NCBI GenBank assembly: GCA_043811795.1
Contig: JBDRMV010000012.1
Location: 1 to 52,938 of the forward strand
Direction of reading: 5' to 3'
Origin: a bacterium
Lineage (GTDB): Bacteria; CG03
Length of the DNA stretch: 52,938 nt
In this document: in pieces, positions 35,103 through 44,558 of the stretch
How positions within the stretch are numbered: position 1 is the stretch's first letter
Layout: every line of letters starts with the position of its first letter
Made by a program: the position numbers and the translations under genes
The notes under the pieces: model-generated
The model's database searches: none
The model's input: only the letters and a program-made list of their open reading frames with translations
What the model was told of the DNA's origin: nothing

Positions 35103-37085
35103 TTATTTTTCTCCGCTGATGCGTTTCTGCGCCGCAAGCAGTATCGTCTCAAGCATATTGTTATAAGACATTCCGGCGAGATTAGCCATCTTCGCCAGAT
35201 GGCCGTCCCAGCACCATCCGGGATTGGGATTGGCCTCAAGAAGTTTCGGAACGCCTTCCGAATTAAGCCGCCAGTCAAACCGGGCATAATCCCGGCATTC
35301 AAGCCGCTCAAAAAGTCCGACACACCACTCTTCAATCGACTTTTTCGTTTCTTCGGGAATATCCGCAGGTACGGATTTCAGCACCGCATAGGGAGAATCC
35401 GGCCGCCATTTCGCCTCATAGCCGCATATTTTAGGAAGTCCGTCGGGAAGTTCGGAATAATCCTCTTCAATTATGGGCAGTATCGTGTAAGATTCGGGGG
35501 GATTTCCTATTATTCCCACGGTTAAATCACTTCCCGTCAGAAATTCTTCGACAAGAATCGGTTTATCATATCCGAATTTTTCTCTCATTTCCGAAATGGC
35601 GCTTATAAGTTCGTCCAGATTGTTTGCGACGCTTTTTTGCGTTATGCCGAAACTTGAATCGCCCAAATTGGGTTTTACTATTACGGGAAAACTGATTGAA
35701 ATTTCATAAATGCTGTCTTCAGGTTTTATAAAAAAGGCCTGAGGCACGGGGATGGACATTTCCTTCGCTATTCCTCTGACAAGCGATTTGTCGTAGCAAT
35801 AGGCGAGGCACTGAGGCCCCGCTCCCGTGTAGGGAATTCCGATTTCCTCAAGAAGAGCCGGAATATGAAGTTCCTTCCTCGCATCGTTCATAAAACCCTC
35901 GTCGCACAAATTGAAAACAAAATCGGTCTTTCCCTTCAATTTTGTGAGGTCGTAAATCAATTTATTATGATTTACCAAATATCCGAACCTGTATTTCTTC
36001 AGTTCATTCAGCGCCGATTTTAGCCGGTCAATCGTATACAAATCGTCATCGTCAAAAACCTGGCTCGGCTTTATTACATCCGGCCTTGAAGGGTCTCCTA
36101 ATATCACGCTGATTGATGCGGCCGTCGTCTTCTTTTTTTTAACGGGAGTCCATTCTTTCTGCACGGCGGCGGTGTATATCAGCCGCTGTTCCATCATGCC
36201 GAGGTCCTGATTCCTTTTTGAATCCACGCTTATTTCACTGTGAAAAAACGTATCGTAAAACCCGGCGCCCTCAAGAAGTTTTTTCAACATCTGGTGGGAA
36301 TAAAGCCTTTCGGCGTAGAATTGGTCGGCTATAACGCCCTTTTCCGCATCGGTGATTATTTCCCTGGATATAAGCCGCGTTCGGTCGACGGAAAGAGCCC
36401 TTTCGCGGCAGACGAAATATTTTTTTCCTACCCATTCCCACGACCTCGGATTAAATTTTTTCCTGAGATACTCACCGTCGGAAACGTCTATAAGAATTTT
36501 TCCGCGCGGTTTGAGAACTCTGAAAACTTCCTTCAAAACCCTTAAATCGTCCTGGGACGTTTCAAAGTATCCGAAGCTGTTTCCCAAAATCATAACAATA
36601 TCAAAATTGTCCGCCGGATACGGAAGTTTCCTCGCATCGCCCTCCCTGAACTTCACGTTCAGTCCTTCTTTTTTTATTATCGCTCTCGCTTTCTGTATGA
36701 GATAGTGCGACCTGTCAAGACCCTCTATAAACTTGAATCCGTGCCGGGCGAACTCCAGCGTGTGCCGTCCCTGACCGCAGCACAAATCAAGAACAGCCGA
36801 ATCGGGAAGCGGCTTTAAAATATCAAGGAAAATGTCCACTTCATGCCGCGTTATATCATCGTCATTGATGACATCGCCGTCTGTTTTAAGATAAAGAGGG
36901 GTAAAAATTTCCCGCCACCACTCCTTGCGGACATGGTCCTCGGGATTTGCCACAGGGCCCAGCACGACGGGGCGCCGGGTGTTCTTTGTTTTTTTCTCAA
37001 TATTTTCTATTATTTTGTTCTCCCTTAAAAAATCAAGCTCAGGTTCTTTCTGTAGTGAAAAAGTCAAAGGTTTCACTTTTTTCAT
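35103..37085 (-). CDS. Fusion protein: class I SAM methyltransferase (N-terminal) + D-Ala-D-Ala-ligase-like ATP-grasp (C-terminal)
   Basis: The N-half has VLDLCCGQGRHTLEFA (motif I) and a post-I acidic residue. The C-half has a Ddl-like pre-ATP-grasp and ATP-grasp layout (NLCDEG, GIPYTGAG, VIVKPNLGDSS, LEANPNPG). Confidence 0.75.
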   Translation of the reverse strand: MKKVKPLTFSLQKEPELDFLRENKIIENIEKKTKNTRRPVVLGPVANPEDHVRKEWWREIFTPLYLKTDGDVINDDDITRHEVDIFLDILKPLPDSAVLDLCCGQGRHTLEFARHGFKFIEGLDRSHYLIQKARAIIKKEGLNVKFREGDARKLPYPADNFDIVMILGNSFGYFETSQDDLRVLKEVFRVLKPRGKILIDVSDGEYLRKKFNPRSWEWVGKKYFVCRERALSVDRTRLISREIITDAEKGVIADQFYAERLYSHQMLKKLLEGAGFYDTFFHSEISVDSKRNQDLGMMEQRLIYTAAVQKEWTPVKKKKTTAASISVILGDPSRPDVIKPSQVFDDDDLYTIDRLKSALNELKKYRFGYLVNHNKLIYDLTKLKGKTDFVFNLCDEGFMNDARKELHIPALLEEIGIPYTGAGPQCLAYCYDKSLVRGIAKEMSIPVPQAFFIKPEDSIYEISISFPVIVKPNLGDSSFGITQKSVANNLDELISAISEMREKFGYDKPILVEEFLTGSDLTVGIIGNPPESYTILPIIEEDYSELPDGLPKICGYEAKWRPDSPYAVLKSVPADIPEETKKSIEEWCVGLFERLECRDYARFDWRLNSEGVPKLLEANPNPGWCWDGHLAKMANLAGMSYNNMLETILLAAQKRISGEK

Positions 37086-37326
37086 AAATTTGTTTCTGCG
37101 GGATTTTACATAATGCTCAAATTAAAAACAAGCGGACGCGTTGAATCATCTAAAATCTGACCGAAGGCCAAGCCGTTAAATCTTTTGCAAGCGGAAATAG
37201 TATTCGGTAAAATTATTGGAATAGTTTGACTGGCATCATAATTGCGGAGTCGAATGGCTTGAATTACTTCCCGTAATTTTGAATAAAAGGACTATTTTCC
37301 GAAGTCAACCACCCTTAGCACCACCA

Positions 37327-37351
37327 AAAAACCATCCGCCTGAGGCGGATT
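37327..37351 (-). terminator. Rho-independent terminator of the RRM gene
   Basis: The minus strand reads ATCCGCC-TCA-GGCGGAT followed by GGTTTTTTGG. It lies 30 nt after the stop codon. Confidence 0.65.
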
Positions 37352-37380
37352 AAGCCGTGGTGCGGAATTTATTCTTTTTC

Positions 37381-37710
37381 TTACCAGGTACGCCGTCCGC
37401 CGCCGCCTCCGCCGCCGCCGCGAGAACCGCCGCCGCGAGAACCACCTCTACCGCCGCCATTACGATCTTCGCGGGGTTTGGCTTCATTTACTTTAATGGC
37501 TCTTCCATTCAGTTCTTTACCGTTTAAGCCGGATATGGCAGCAATGCCTTCGGATTTTTCGGGCATTTCCACAAATCCGAATCCTCTGGGCTCTCCTGTA
37601 TACCTGTCCTTTAAGACAGCAACAGACGAAACCTGCCCAAATGCTTCAAACGCTTCCTTCAGACCCTGCTCAGATGTTTCTTTTGACAAATTCCCTACAT
37701 AGATATTCAT
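37381..37710 (-). CDS. RRM-type RNA-binding protein with a Gly/Arg-rich tail
   Basis: It has RNP-2 IYVGNL, RNP-1 RGFGFVEM and the C-terminal GGGRGGSRGGGSRGGGGGGGGRR. Confidence 0.9.
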   Translation of the reverse strand: MNIYVGNLSKETSEQGLKEAFEAFGQVSSVAVLKDRYTGEPRGFGFVEMPEKSEGIAAISGLNGKELNGRAIKVNEAKPREDRNGGGRGGSRGGGSRGGGGGGGGRRTW

Positions 37711-37751
37711 CTTACCCTCCTGTTTTCTATAAAGTGAACCATTACGGATAT

Positions 37752-37780
37752 ATCATACGGAAACAAAAGATAGATGTCAA
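37752..37780 (-). promoter_or_regulatory. Sigma70-like promoter of the RRM gene
   Basis: The minus strand has TTGACA (37780-37775), 17 nt, then TATGAT (37757-37752). SD AGGAGGG lies before the ATG. Confidence 0.5.
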
Positions 37781-37959
37781 GAAAGACTTCCATAAAATTT
37801 CCACTTTACTTTGGTAAGGATAGAACTTAAATATGGGTTTGTCAACACCATTTGTTTTATTCCCGGAATGCCGTTTGAAAAAAAATATTTTAAAGACAAC
37901 CTCCCCCTGCAGAAACTGTCCGAAGGACTCATATTTCAACTGTTCCCTATCAATGGTCA

Positions 37960-39000
37960 TTATTCCGGAGATTTTTGCGCTTTAAGCAGGCCGCAGGCGG
38001 CGCTTATATCCCGGCCGCGGGGCCTTCTGACGGTGAAAAACACGCCTTTATCTTTTATGACGGCGGTAAAAACGCTAATTTCCTCAGCCGTGGGAGCTTT
38101 CCAGTCAAAATATTCCGAGGGATTATACGGGATTATATTCAGTTTGTGCGGCACACCCTTTACATACATGGAAAGCTGAACGGCGTCTTCCACTGATGAA
38201 TTAAAACCGCTTATCAGCAGATATTCAAAAGTTACGGGAAGGCCCTCTTTCGCATAAAACCTTTTCAGGGCTTTCATGATTTCTCCCGTGTCATATTTTT
38301 TATTAACCGGCATTATTTTTGAGCGCTTTCTGTCGTCCGCCGAATGCAGCGATACGGAAAGTCTTATCCCGCCGCCCTTCTCCGTCAGGCGGTCTATTCC
38401 CGGGACGATGCCGCAGGTGGAAACGGACTGCTTTCTTTTACCCATATTCAGGCCATGCCCGTCTCTCATAATATCAAACGCCGTCATGAGATTATCAAAA
38501 TTATCAAGCGGCTCGCCCACGCCCATGAAAACAACGTTTGTCACTTTTTCGTTTATGGCCTCTTCCGCCGCCAAAATCTGCCCGAGCATTTCGCCGGCTG
38601 TAAGATTTCTTTCAAATCCGTTTATGCCGCTCACACAGAAATTACAGCCCCATCTGCATCCTGCCTGCGTTGAGACGCAGATAGTCCGCCTTGCCCTTTC
38701 GGGAATAAGAACGCTTTCAATCCCTGCCCCGTCTTCAAGGCCGAGCAGCAATTTAACAGTGCCGTCGGAAGATACTTCCTTTTTTCTGACGGGCATTTCC
38801 GGAAAATAAAAAGATTTTCCCAGATAATCTCTGAATTTCGCCGGCAGGTTCATCATATCGTCAAAATTTTTCACCCGCTTGCGGTAGAGCCACTCAAAGA
38901 GCTGTTTCGCGTGGAATACGGGAACACTCTGCTGACGGCAGACATCCTCAAAATCTTCTTTTGTAATATTCCTTACATCTCTTAAATCAGCATTCACCAT
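37960..39000 (-). CDS. rlmN: 23S rRNA/tRNA adenine-C2 methyltransferase RlmN (radical SAM)
   Basis: It has the QLFEWLY N-domain, the cluster motif GCRWGCNFCVSG, GVGEPL and the C-terminal AACGLL. Confidence 0.92.
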   Translation of the reverse strand: MVNADLRDVRNITKEDFEDVCRQQSVPVFHAKQLFEWLYRKRVKNFDDMMNLPAKFRDYLGKSFYFPEMPVRKKEVSSDGTVKLLLGLEDGAGIESVLIPERARRTICVSTQAGCRWGCNFCVSGINGFERNLTAGEMLGQILAAEEAINEKVTNVVFMGVGEPLDNFDNLMTAFDIMRDGHGLNMGKRKQSVSTCGIVPGIDRLTEKGGGIRLSVSLHSADDRKRSKIMPVNKKYDTGEIMKALKRFYAKEGLPVTFEYLLISGFNSSVEDAVQLSMYVKGVPHKLNIIPYNPSEYFDWKAPTAEEISVFTAVIKDKGVFFTVRRPRGRDISAACGLLKAQKSPE

Positions 39001-39112
39001 ATTAAAGTCACCTGTTGCCGGCTTCGCCCATGGCGACAGACAAGCAGTTTCATTTTCATAGCGGGGACATCTCCGATTTTTTAAATACGTTAAATGGAAC
39101 CGGCGCCATTTT

Positions 39113-40507
39113 TTACTTGATGTCTTTTCTCGAAATCAAACGATCCGTCATCCTGAACCACTCGGTCATAAGTATTTTAAGCTGGACGGAGCGGAGTATT
39201 TTGTTGAATTTATTTTCATCCACGCGGTTCGAAGCGTCAATGAAATCGTTCAGCGACACTTTACCGTAAGAGTAATTAACCGTCTCATCTTTCAATATTG
39301 ATTCGGCAAGCACTATTTTTTCTTCGGCCAATACTATTAATTTTTTCTCGCGTTCTATCTGAATGTTCAGCGCCGTTAAATCGGTGCGGAGCTGAACGTA
39401 TTTGTTTGCGTTGGCCAACCTGGTTTTTTTATCGGCTATTTTAGATGTTTCAAGCCCCGCCCGGTTTATCTGATTAGGGAAGGGCCATGTCACCGAGATG
39501 CCCGCGAAACGCATATCATCAGGATTGTTGAGTCCTGTGCCGTCGCCGTCAACCTCATAACCGAAAAGAAGGTTCGTGGACGGCAGAAGAGCGTCGGCGT
39601 CCTTTGACACTTCCAGAGCGCTTTTTTTCTCCAGAAGATTTAAGATGCGGTATGTGCGGCTGTTTTGCGTGAAATTTTTGTAATCCTCGTCAAACGATAT
39701 TTTTCTGTCGTCATACATAAACGGATCGGCGGGTGTTATCGTCTCATCCCCGATGTGCCTGACGGCCTGTTTGATGAAGTTCAGTATGTTCTCGTATTTT
39801 TCCCGCAGATTTATCAGATTTTCTTTTTTCACCAGAACCTGTATGTTTATTTTGTTAACGTCTATGGGAAGCGCGATATTATTTTTGCGCCTGTTCCTGA
39901 TGTTCTGCAGAAGCTCCATGTTCTGACTGTAAGACGATTCTCCTATCTTCAGATTTTCGTAGGCCAGATACCAGTTAAAATACGCTGTTATAATGTTTGC
40001 CAGATAATCTTCGTACGCCTCCGTCACCTGGTGCTTTATCACATCAATTTCCGCGCCGATTATTTTGTCATGAAGGCGGGTCCCTTTGCCGAAGGCGTTT
40101 TTCGCCACCGGCTGGGAAATAAGCAGCGTGAGCGCCGAACTGTCCGAGTCGGGGATTGCCGACGGCACTGTTTTGTATTGAGCGGAAATATCCGTTCCCG
40201 TAAACGGAAAAAGTTTGCTCAACCCGACCGTGGCGGCGTGACCGCTCTCATCCTGGTCGAGAAAAAATTCATATTGGCTTTTTACCGAGAGCACGATGTC
40301 GCGCGGCGGAAGGCCGAGGTCTTTTTTATACTTCAACGCCAGCTCATCTATCAGAATCTCCTCAAAGCCCGTATCTTTTATGGTGGCGGTTTTAATAAAA
40401 TCTTCTATGGTCAGCACGCTGCCGCCGGTAGTAGTTACTTCATTTTCTGCGGAAAGAATGCCGCAATTCAGAAAAATAAAAAGAGCGGCGAAAAATATTT
40501 TAATCAT
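39113..40507 (-). CDS. TolC-family outer membrane efflux protein
   Basis: It has a signal peptide and two OEP-type helical repeats. It overlaps the upstream RND gene by 4 nt. Confidence 0.8.
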   Translation of the reverse strand: MIKIFFAALFIFLNCGILSAENEVTTTGGSVLTIEDFIKTATIKDTGFEEILIDELALKYKKDLGLPPRDIVLSVKSQYEFFLDQDESGHAATVGLSKLFPFTGTDISAQYKTVPSAIPDSDSSALTLLISQPVAKNAFGKGTRLHDKIIGAEIDVIKHQVTEAYEDYLANIITAYFNWYLAYENLKIGESSYSQNMELLQNIRNRRKNNIALPIDVNKINIQVLVKKENLINLREKYENILNFIKQAVRHIGDETITPADPFMYDDRKISFDEDYKNFTQNSRTYRILNLLEKKSALEVSKDADALLPSTNLLFGYEVDGDGTGLNNPDDMRFAGISVTWPFPNQINRAGLETSKIADKKTRLANANKYVQLRTDLTALNIQIEREKKLIVLAEEKIVLAESILKDETVNYSYGKVSLNDFIDASNRVDENKFNKILRSVQLKILMTEWFRMTDRLISRKDIK

Positions 40508-43500
40508 TCTATTGTCTCCGGCTGCTCAACGGCGCCAAAAAGCTTTAATTTCAGGAACCTCAGATCCTGGCTGAGACTATAGGCGCACGGGACAAAAATA
40601 AGCGTAATAACTGTTCCGAATATTAAGCCCCATGACAGCGCAAGCATCATCTCAGCAAGCATGGCGTCATATCCGGTAAAGCCGTATGCTGTCGGTAAAA
40701 GTCCCGCTACTGTTGTTACAGTAGTCAATAAAACGGCTCTCAGCCTTGTTTTTGCTATAGCGGCGATCTGATTATTTGAATCCTCTTTCCCCCGGCTATT
40801 ATCATAGCTCTTAGTTAGTTTGGCAATCATTATTATTGAATCATTGACGACAACTCCGGCTAAACCCACAGCGCCGATAGCCGCGAAAAACCCGAACAGC
40901 ACCTTGCCATGGAGCCAGAAAGCAAGCACAATACCTATTATCCCGAACGGGATCGCCAGCATGATGATAATCGGCTTCGTCAACGAACCGAATATAAGGA
41001 CCAGCACGAGATAGATAAGAATAACCGCCATAATTATAGCATTTTCAAAATCTCCTGTAGATTCACGCGTATCCTTTACTTCTCCCTCAAAATTAATCAG
41101 TGTTGTGGGGTGTTTTGACAGCAGACCGGGGAACACATTGCTTTCAAGGTCTTCAGCTATTTCGACAGGCGTCAGTTCCAAACCTTTTTTTATATCGGCA
41201 TAAATAGTTGTAAGCCTCTTTGAGTCTTTTCTTTCTATAGCATTAGGCGTTATGGTCTTTTTAACATCAACAATATCTCTTAAGGGCACAAGATAATCTC
41301 CTGTATTTTCAATGGGAATATCCAGAATTTTTTCAATATCGTCTTTTGCCGAATCAACTATAGTAAACCTGACATCTATTTCTTCGTCACCGCTGGGAAG
41401 TTCGTAGATGACAGTTCCCTGAAGGGCAGCCCTCAGGGTAGAGGAAACGTCCAACGGGCTTATGGAAAGGCGTTTTATTTTCTCGCGTCTGAGGCTGATC
41501 TTGTATTCCGGGTTTTCCAGAGGCCGCTCTATCTCGACATTTTCAAGCGCGGGATGTTGTTTCATTGATTCGGCAAGCTGTTCGGAGACTTCTTTTCTTA
41601 CCGTATCATCGTTTTCCTGGACTATAATCTCTATGGGGCTGCCGCTGCCATGCCCCCAGCGGCTTTTTGTAACTGTTATTTCTTTAAAGTCTTTTATGAG
41701 AGCAAATTGCGTCTCAAATTCTTTAATGAGCTGATCCGCCGATTTTTTACGTTTTTCTTTCGGCACTATTTCAATATTCATCCGGAATTTATTTTCTTCT
41801 ACCGCCCGGCCCCATCTGCTTCGGGCTATGCTGGTCCTGAATCCTATCACTTCTTTTCCGATATACGAGACGAGCATATCCTCTACCTGTTTTGTCAGCC
41901 TGGCTGTTTCATACCTGTCAGCATCCGCCGCCGCTTCGCCTGAAACAGAGATCTGTCTTGTCTCTTCGCGCGGAAACATAACGAACTTCATCTTTGACTT
42001 AACAATATACATTGAAAAAATGAGCAGCAAGATAAAAACAGGGAACACTGCCCATTTAAAAGGCAGCAACCTGTTCAGAAAATTTCCATAGGAATGCTCC
42101 ACTTTAGTAAACCAGTGCGTTTTCTGCGTAACCTGTTTTCTTTTTTCCGGTTTACCGAAAAGCTTTCCCAGTCCCGGGAGTTTCAAATGCATGTGCCCCG
42201 GGAGTATTATAAGCGATTCAAACAGGCTTGCCCCCAGCATAAAGAATATAACCGGCGGGATAAATTGGAGCATCTTGCCGAACCGGGCGCGGAAAAAGAA
42301 AAGAGGGACAAAAGCGATACATGTAGTCAGTATGCTTCCTATTACAGGGGTAAATACAAATGCCGTACCTTGTACAGCGGATTTTTCTGACGATAACCCT
42401 TCGGAACGCAGCCGGGATATATTCTCCGATACTACAATAGCATCGTCTACGATCATGCCCAGCACTATTATAACGGCCGCGAGGGTAATGTTGTTGATCG
42501 TATAGCCACTCACGAATACGCATATCATGGAAAAGCAAAGCGTAAAAGGGATACCCAGCGCCACCCAGACACCCGAACGGAAATCAAGGAATATAAAAAG
42601 CATGATTAGTATCAATAAGAATCCTATGGATCCGTTCGCCACAACAATGGATAACCTGTTTTGCAGATCTACGGATGCATCATCCGTAGTGAACATTTTT
42701 ATATCCATACCTTCAAGATTGTTTTTTTGAAAGATATTAACCTGCTTTTTCACAGCTTTAAGCGCTTCGAGTATGCCGTAGGAAGTGTTCTTAACCACCC
42801 TGAGGATTATGGCTTCGTTGCCGTTGACCTTAGTTATCGATTTATTTTTCTCGTAATCGCGCGTAACACCGGCCACTTCTTCCAGCTTTACCACCTGGCC
42901 CTCAAAACCTCCCTGAATGACAAGGTCATTTAATTTTTCAACCGTATCAAGTTCGGAGAGAAGCGTTACTTTCGGCTCGCCTTTTATCTCGATGTTTCCG
43001 GCCGGCTGACGGACATGGTTATTCATTACTTCCCTCATCGCAGTATTAAAAGGAATATCGAATTTTCTTAATTTCATCGGATCGACCATTATCTGTATCT
43101 CTTCCTGAAGATAACCGGATTTTTCGATACTGTTTACCTCGGACAGGTTTTGAAGCTGCTGATCGAGAGTATATGCGTACTGCTGCAGCCGTCTGCGCGA
43201 CTTAATATCAAGCAAGTGCTTCGTGGTATCGATCAGCACTATGTCAATGATCGCCCTTTTTGTGGTCTTCCACACATGCACTTCCGGGTCGTCCCTGACA
43301 TCCTCAGGCAGTTGTACATCCGAGATAGCATTTCTCACTTCCATTAATGCTTCATCTATATTAGGGTAATTCTGCTCGAAATCAATACTTATATTGCAGG
43401 CGCCGTCGCTGGAAGTGCTCGTGATCCTGTAGACGCCGTCAAGCCCCTTTACCGCATCTTCGAGAGGTTTGGTTACAAAATGTTCTACTTCTTCGGCAGT

Positions 43501-43674
43501 CGCGCCCGGATAACTGGCAGTTACATTCGTGTGATCAAACTCCATATCAGGCATCTCTTCCATGCTGGTATTATTCCAAGCTAATATGCCGCCGATGAAA
43601 ACCGCGACAAACATCAGGTTTGTCAGCAGGTGCCGGTTAACAAAATACGCAATGACTTTTTCTAATAAACTCAT
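40504..43674 (-). CDS. RND-family efflux transporter (AcrB/CzcA-like, 1056 aa)
   Basis: It has 12-TM AcrB architecture with two large periplasmic loops. The N-terminus (FVNRHLLTNLMFVAVFIGG) and the TM4-region Asp motif (VDDAIVV) are typical. Confidence 0.92.
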   Translation of the reverse strand: MSLLEKVIAYFVNRHLLTNLMFVAVFIGGILAWNNTSMEEMPDMEFDHTNVTASYPGATAEEVEHFVTKPLEDAVKGLDGVYRITSTSSDGACNISIDFEQNYPNIDEALMEVRNAISDVQLPEDVRDDPEVHVWKTTKRAIIDIVLIDTTKHLLDIKSRRRLQQYAYTLDQQLQNLSEVNSIEKSGYLQEEIQIMVDPMKLRKFDIPFNTAMREVMNNHVRQPAGNIEIKGEPKVTLLSELDTVEKLNDLVIQGGFEGQVVKLEEVAGVTRDYEKNKSITKVNGNEAIILRVVKNTSYGILEALKAVKKQVNIFQKNNLEGMDIKMFTTDDASVDLQNRLSIVVANGSIGFLLILIMLFIFLDFRSGVWVALGIPFTLCFSMICVFVSGYTINNITLAAVIIVLGMIVDDAIVVSENISRLRSEGLSSEKSAVQGTAFVFTPVIGSILTTCIAFVPLFFFRARFGKMLQFIPPVIFFMLGASLFESLIILPGHMHLKLPGLGKLFGKPEKRKQVTQKTHWFTKVEHSYGNFLNRLLPFKWAVFPVFILLLIFSMYIVKSKMKFVMFPREETRQISVSGEAAADADRYETARLTKQVEDMLVSYIGKEVIGFRTSIARSRWGRAVEENKFRMNIEIVPKEKRKKSADQLIKEFETQFALIKDFKEITVTKSRWGHGSGSPIEIIVQENDDTVRKEVSEQLAESMKQHPALENVEIERPLENPEYKISLRREKIKRLSISPLDVSSTLRAALQGTVIYELPSGDEEIDVRFTIVDSAKDDIEKILDIPIENTGDYLVPLRDIVDVKKTITPNAIERKDSKRLTTIYADIKKGLELTPVEIAEDLESNVFPGLLSKHPTTLINFEGEVKDTRESTGDFENAIIMAVILIYLVLVLIFGSLTKPIIIMLAIPFGIIGIVLAFWLHGKVLFGFFAAIGAVGLAGVVVNDSIIMIAKLTKSYDNSRGKEDSNNQIAAIAKTRLRAVLLTTVTTVAGLLPTAYGFTGYDAMLAEMMLALSWGLIFGTVITLIFVPCAYSLSQDLRFLKLKLFGAVEQPETIE

Positions 43675-43729
43675 AGTTTTTCTCTATATTTCAGATAACT
43701 GTAAGTGTAAATAAATTCCGCATATTATC

Positions 43730-43880
43730 CTGCATTATTCATACTCTGGCAGAAAAGTAGTGCGAGGATTTATCCTCGCTTTTATCTGAAAAGAAGCGAC
43801 CTTACCCTGACGGGCACAAGTAAAAGGTCGCACTACAAAAAACACTTTTATCGGAAATCTTCTCATTATGAATAATGCAG
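43730..43880. repeat. 151-bp nested palindrome / structured leader between the lipoprotein gene and the RND gene
   Basis: The outer 14-bp perfect inverted repeat is CTGCATTATTCATA (43730-43743) / TATGAATAATGCAG (43867-43880). Inner pairings are GTAGTGCGA (43757-43765) / TCGCACTAC (43828-43836), hairpin GCGAGGA-TTTA-TCCTCGC (43762-43779) and GCGACC...GGTCGC (43796-43831). Confidence 0.65.
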
Positions 43881-43898
43881 ATTATACTTTTTTAACCA

Positions 43899-44558
43899 TT
43901 ACTCCGCAATCAGCCATATATCTTTCAGTGAATCAAGCAGGGTACCGACGGCCTGTCTTATTGCGGTATCCATATAAAAAGAATCATACGTGTATGAACC
44001 TGCCCATACAACTTCCCCTGTTACCACATCAACCATCCTTGCATTGATACCCGCTTCCGCATCCACCAGAAAAATCTCCTCTTTGACCTTCCCCTGGTCG
44101 TCCGTCACATAAATTCTCTCTTTCCTGTTCGGGATGTATCTGGTCACAGTCCCCATAATTAACGCGTCCACTCCGAGGATTTTCCCCATTTCTTTTATTG
44201 TCGCGGGGTCGATGTTGCCGCTTTTCCACAGATTTTGCTCCTGGAGTATACTTTGAATACGGGAACGTTCCACGACTTTTATGCCTCTGCTTATGAACTG
44301 GAATACAAATTCATCGGCTACCGCATTTCCGGGATTATAAGAAGGGAAATATTGTATTTGGGAATTATCGAACGCCAGCACGCCAATCCGTTCAATCTTT
44401 TTGAAGTCATAATCGCGCCTGACCGCCACTTTTATCGCGCAGCCGGTAAGAACAGCGCAGGTTGCGAGAGTAAAACTCAGGAATAAAAGAAAAAACCTTT
44501 TTCCGCTCTCCTGGCTGAAATCTCCGGTTTTATTTAATTTTGACTTTATTTTTTTCAT
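43899..44558 (-). CDS. Periplasmic lipoprotein of the LpoB/CsgG/FlgO-like fold class
   Basis: It has the lipobox LTGC. The pattern IGVLAFDN...VADEF...GIKVVERSRIQSILQEQ...GKILGVDALIMGTV is typical of this fold class. Confidence 0.5.
   Translation of the reverse strand: MKKIKSKLNKTGDFSQESGKRFFLLFLSFTLATCAVLTGCAIKVAVRRDYDFKKIERIGVLAFDNSQIQYFPSYNPGNAVADEFVFQFISRGIKVVERSRIQSILQEQNLWKSGNIDPATIKEMGKILGVDALIMGTVTRYIPNRKERIYVTDDQGKVKEEIFLVDAEAGINARMVDVVTGEVVWAGSYTYDSFYMDTAIRQAVGTLLDSLKDIWLIAE

Noticed and set aside
39665-40582. 305-aa plus-strand ORF
   Set aside because: It is antisense to the well-supported TolC-like gene. Its translation is Arg/Phe-rich with no motifs, which is typical of a shadow ORF.
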